DNA from: an uncultured delta proteobacterium
GTDB lineage: Bacteria > Myxococcota_A > Polyangia > Polyangiales > JAFGIB01
DNA length: 64,000 nt
Reading direction: 5' to 3'
NCBI GenBank assembly: GCA_963778655.1
Contig: CAVZVA010000003.1
Location: forward strand, 416,001 to 480,000
Shown piece after piece: positions 62,409 to 64,000 of this stretch. Below the pieces are notes generated by a model that was not told the origin of the DNA, did not search any database, and saw only the letters and a program-made list of their open reading frames with translations. The translations under genes and the position numbers were made by a program. The stretch's first letter is position 1; every line of letters begins with the position of its first letter.

Positions 62409-63242
62409 TCAAAAGTGCCCGTGCAGGGTGCCGAAGCAGCCGCCCGCGCCGCACGCGAGCGCCACCGGCGCCTCCGCAGGGCGCTCGGCAGCTCCGCCGT
62501 GAACCAGCAGCAGCACGCCGCCGACCGCCGCGCTCAGCAGGCCCACGCCCGCGAGCGCCACCGTCACGGTGCGCCAGGTGCGGGCGTCGCTGCGCTTGCC
62601 GTCGAGGTCATATTTGGCCGGGCAGGTTCCGCCCTTGCATTGATCCTCGATGCTCGAAATCTTGCTGCTGGCCACGATCCCCGTGACCACGCCCGCGACG
62701 ATCAGGGTGCCGCCGGCACCCAGCAGCACATAGGGCAGCAGGCTCGCGCGGCGTCTCGACGGCGGGGCAGCCGGCCGCGACGCGGGCGGTGGCTGCGCGA
62801 GCGCAGCGGCCGGCTGCGACTGGGCGGCCGGTTGCGCCGGTCCGGCCGCCTCCGGGTGGCTGTTGGCGTCCTCCGTCGCCCGCAAGCGGGCCTGGAGGTT
62901 GATCCGCGTCGGCGCGTCGATCTCGGCGGTGTCGAGGTAACGGCGCAACGCGTCGATCGCTTTGGGCGCGTCGCTCGCGTCGCGGTAGGCGACGTAGATG
63001 TTGTACAGCAGCTCGGGTTTCTTGGAGAGCGCGTAGGCCTGCTCGAACTCGGTCGCGGCCTCGGCGAAGCGGCCGGCTTCGTACAGCGTCTTGCCCACCT
63101 TGAAGTGCGACCTGGCCTCTTGATCGGGCATGCTGCTGTCGACGTCGATCATGCCCCCCTGGGCATGCGCGAACGCGGCACGCCAGAGCGGCGCCAGCAG
63201 CAAGGGGAAGACGAGCAGCAAGACACGGCAACACGAGCGCAT
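62409..63242 (-). CDS. Exported TPR protein with C-terminal TM helices
   Basis: Signal peptide; [18 protein letters not shown]. Confidence 0.75.
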   Translation of the reverse strand: MRSCCRVLLLVFPLLLAPLWRAAFAHAQGGMIDVDSSMPDQEARSHFKVGKTLYEAGRFAEAATEFEQAYALSKKPELLYNIYVAYRDASDAPKAIDALRRYLDTAEIDAPTRINLQARLRATEDANSHPEAAGPAQPAAQSQPAAALAQPPPASRPAAPPSRRRASLLPYVLLGAGGTLIVAGVVTGIVASSKISSIEDQCKGGTCPAKYDLDGKRSDARTWRTVTVALAGVGLLSAAVGGVLLLVHGGAAERPAEAPVALACGAGGCFGTLHGHF

Positions 63243-63324
63243 GGGTTCTCCTGCGGGTGGCGGTGGCCCCATGGTACGGCGAATCGCCGGGCCGCGTCAT
63301 CCGCTGTGGCGCCGCCTCGGGGGC

Positions 63325-64000
63325 TCATTGCGGCCCGGGACAGCTCCATTCGATGCCGACGCGCGACACGCGTGGTGCGCCCAGGCTGCCCCCCGCGCGC
63401 AGCGTCAGCCGCACCTCGACCACACCGCCGGGCGCGAAGTCGAGCGCAAAGGGCGGCACGTCCTGCGGCAGCGTGCCGAGATCGACGAAGCTCGCGTCGG
63501 CCAGCGCATCGCGGCTCGGCGCATGCCGCGCGGCGACCACGATGCTGGCGCCCACGCCGGCGTCCCAGCCGACGCGCAGGCGCTGCCACCGGGTCGCGCT
63601 CGAGCTCGTGCCGGGCACGGCGCAGCCGTCGAACACGTGCTGGATGCTGCCTTCCTCGGCCAGCTCGCCGAGCCTGCGGGCGCCGGTGATGTCGCCTTGG
63701 GGCCGCGGCAAGCGGCCCAGCGTCACCTGCGCGCTCACGCTCTGCGCCAGCGGATCGAAGCGCGTGAGCAGGCCGCCACCGTCCGGCGCGCCCATGCTGC
63801 TGACCACCCACAGCTGCCCGAACGAGTCGGCACCGATCGCGATCGATTCGATCGGCGAGAGGCCGTCCGCGTCCAGCCCGAAGGTGTCCGTGATCGCCAG
63901 CGGGTCGCGGCGCACCCGGCTCAGCCGGCCCGCGGTGTGCACCACCCAGCTCTGCTCGCCCAGCACCGCCACCCCGCGCGTATCGAGCACCCCGCCGGTC
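63325..64000 (-). CDS. Hypothetical protein, C-terminal part (possible beta-propeller; 5' partial)
   Basis: Open frame from the edge; IGADSFGQLWVV, LTRFDP, GDITG. Confidence 0.5.
   Translation of the reverse strand, partial: TGGVLDTRGVAVLGEQSWVVHTAGRLSRVRRDPLAITDTFGLDADGLSPIESIAIGADSFGQLWVVSSMGAPDGGGLLTRFDPLAQSVSAQVTLGRLPRPQGDITGARRLGELAEEGSIQHVFDGCAVPGTSSSATRWQRLRVGWDAGVGASIVVAARHAPSRDALADASFVDLGTLPQDVPPFALDFAPGGVVEVRLTLRAGGSLGAPRVSRVGIEWSCPGPQ

Overview
High-GC window whose gene content (AgmX/GltJ-like, CglB-like VWA lipoprotein, many Cys/Gly-rich lipoproteins) points to a myxobacterium, probably Polyangiales-like; this is inferred from gene content only. Positions 544-14956 are accessory DNA. 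An ~11.4-kb integrated element (3571-14956) sits in the 3' end of tRNA-Arg(TCG), bounded by a 23-bp direct repeat with paired CGTGGCAA repeats inside both ends. Its backbone is integrase, excisionase, a second tyrosine-recombinase-like protein with a broken active site, and an IncP-type traK-oriT-traJ unit whose traI relaxase survives only as a 36-codon stub. Its cargo is defence or toxin-antitoxin (TA) genes: a methyltransferase plus putative restriction enzyme, AbiEi/AbiEii, HipBA (HipA has a large Ala-rich insert), a 468-aa HNH-domain protein, and a dead ParE toxin with its antitoxin. Left of the element are fused gene fragments (decayed AbiE, TPR paralog). The rest is chromosomal: tRNA-His, rpmG, hpt, an orphan fliQ/fliR-like pair, an NtrC-type regulator, a frameshift-ridden acyl-CoA carboxylase pair, a di-heme peroxidase, Coq4/TetR, comM and recA. 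It also holds two ~170-bp CTAG-flanked MITE-like elements and REP-like repeats. All functional calls come from motif recognition by eye; no searches were run.
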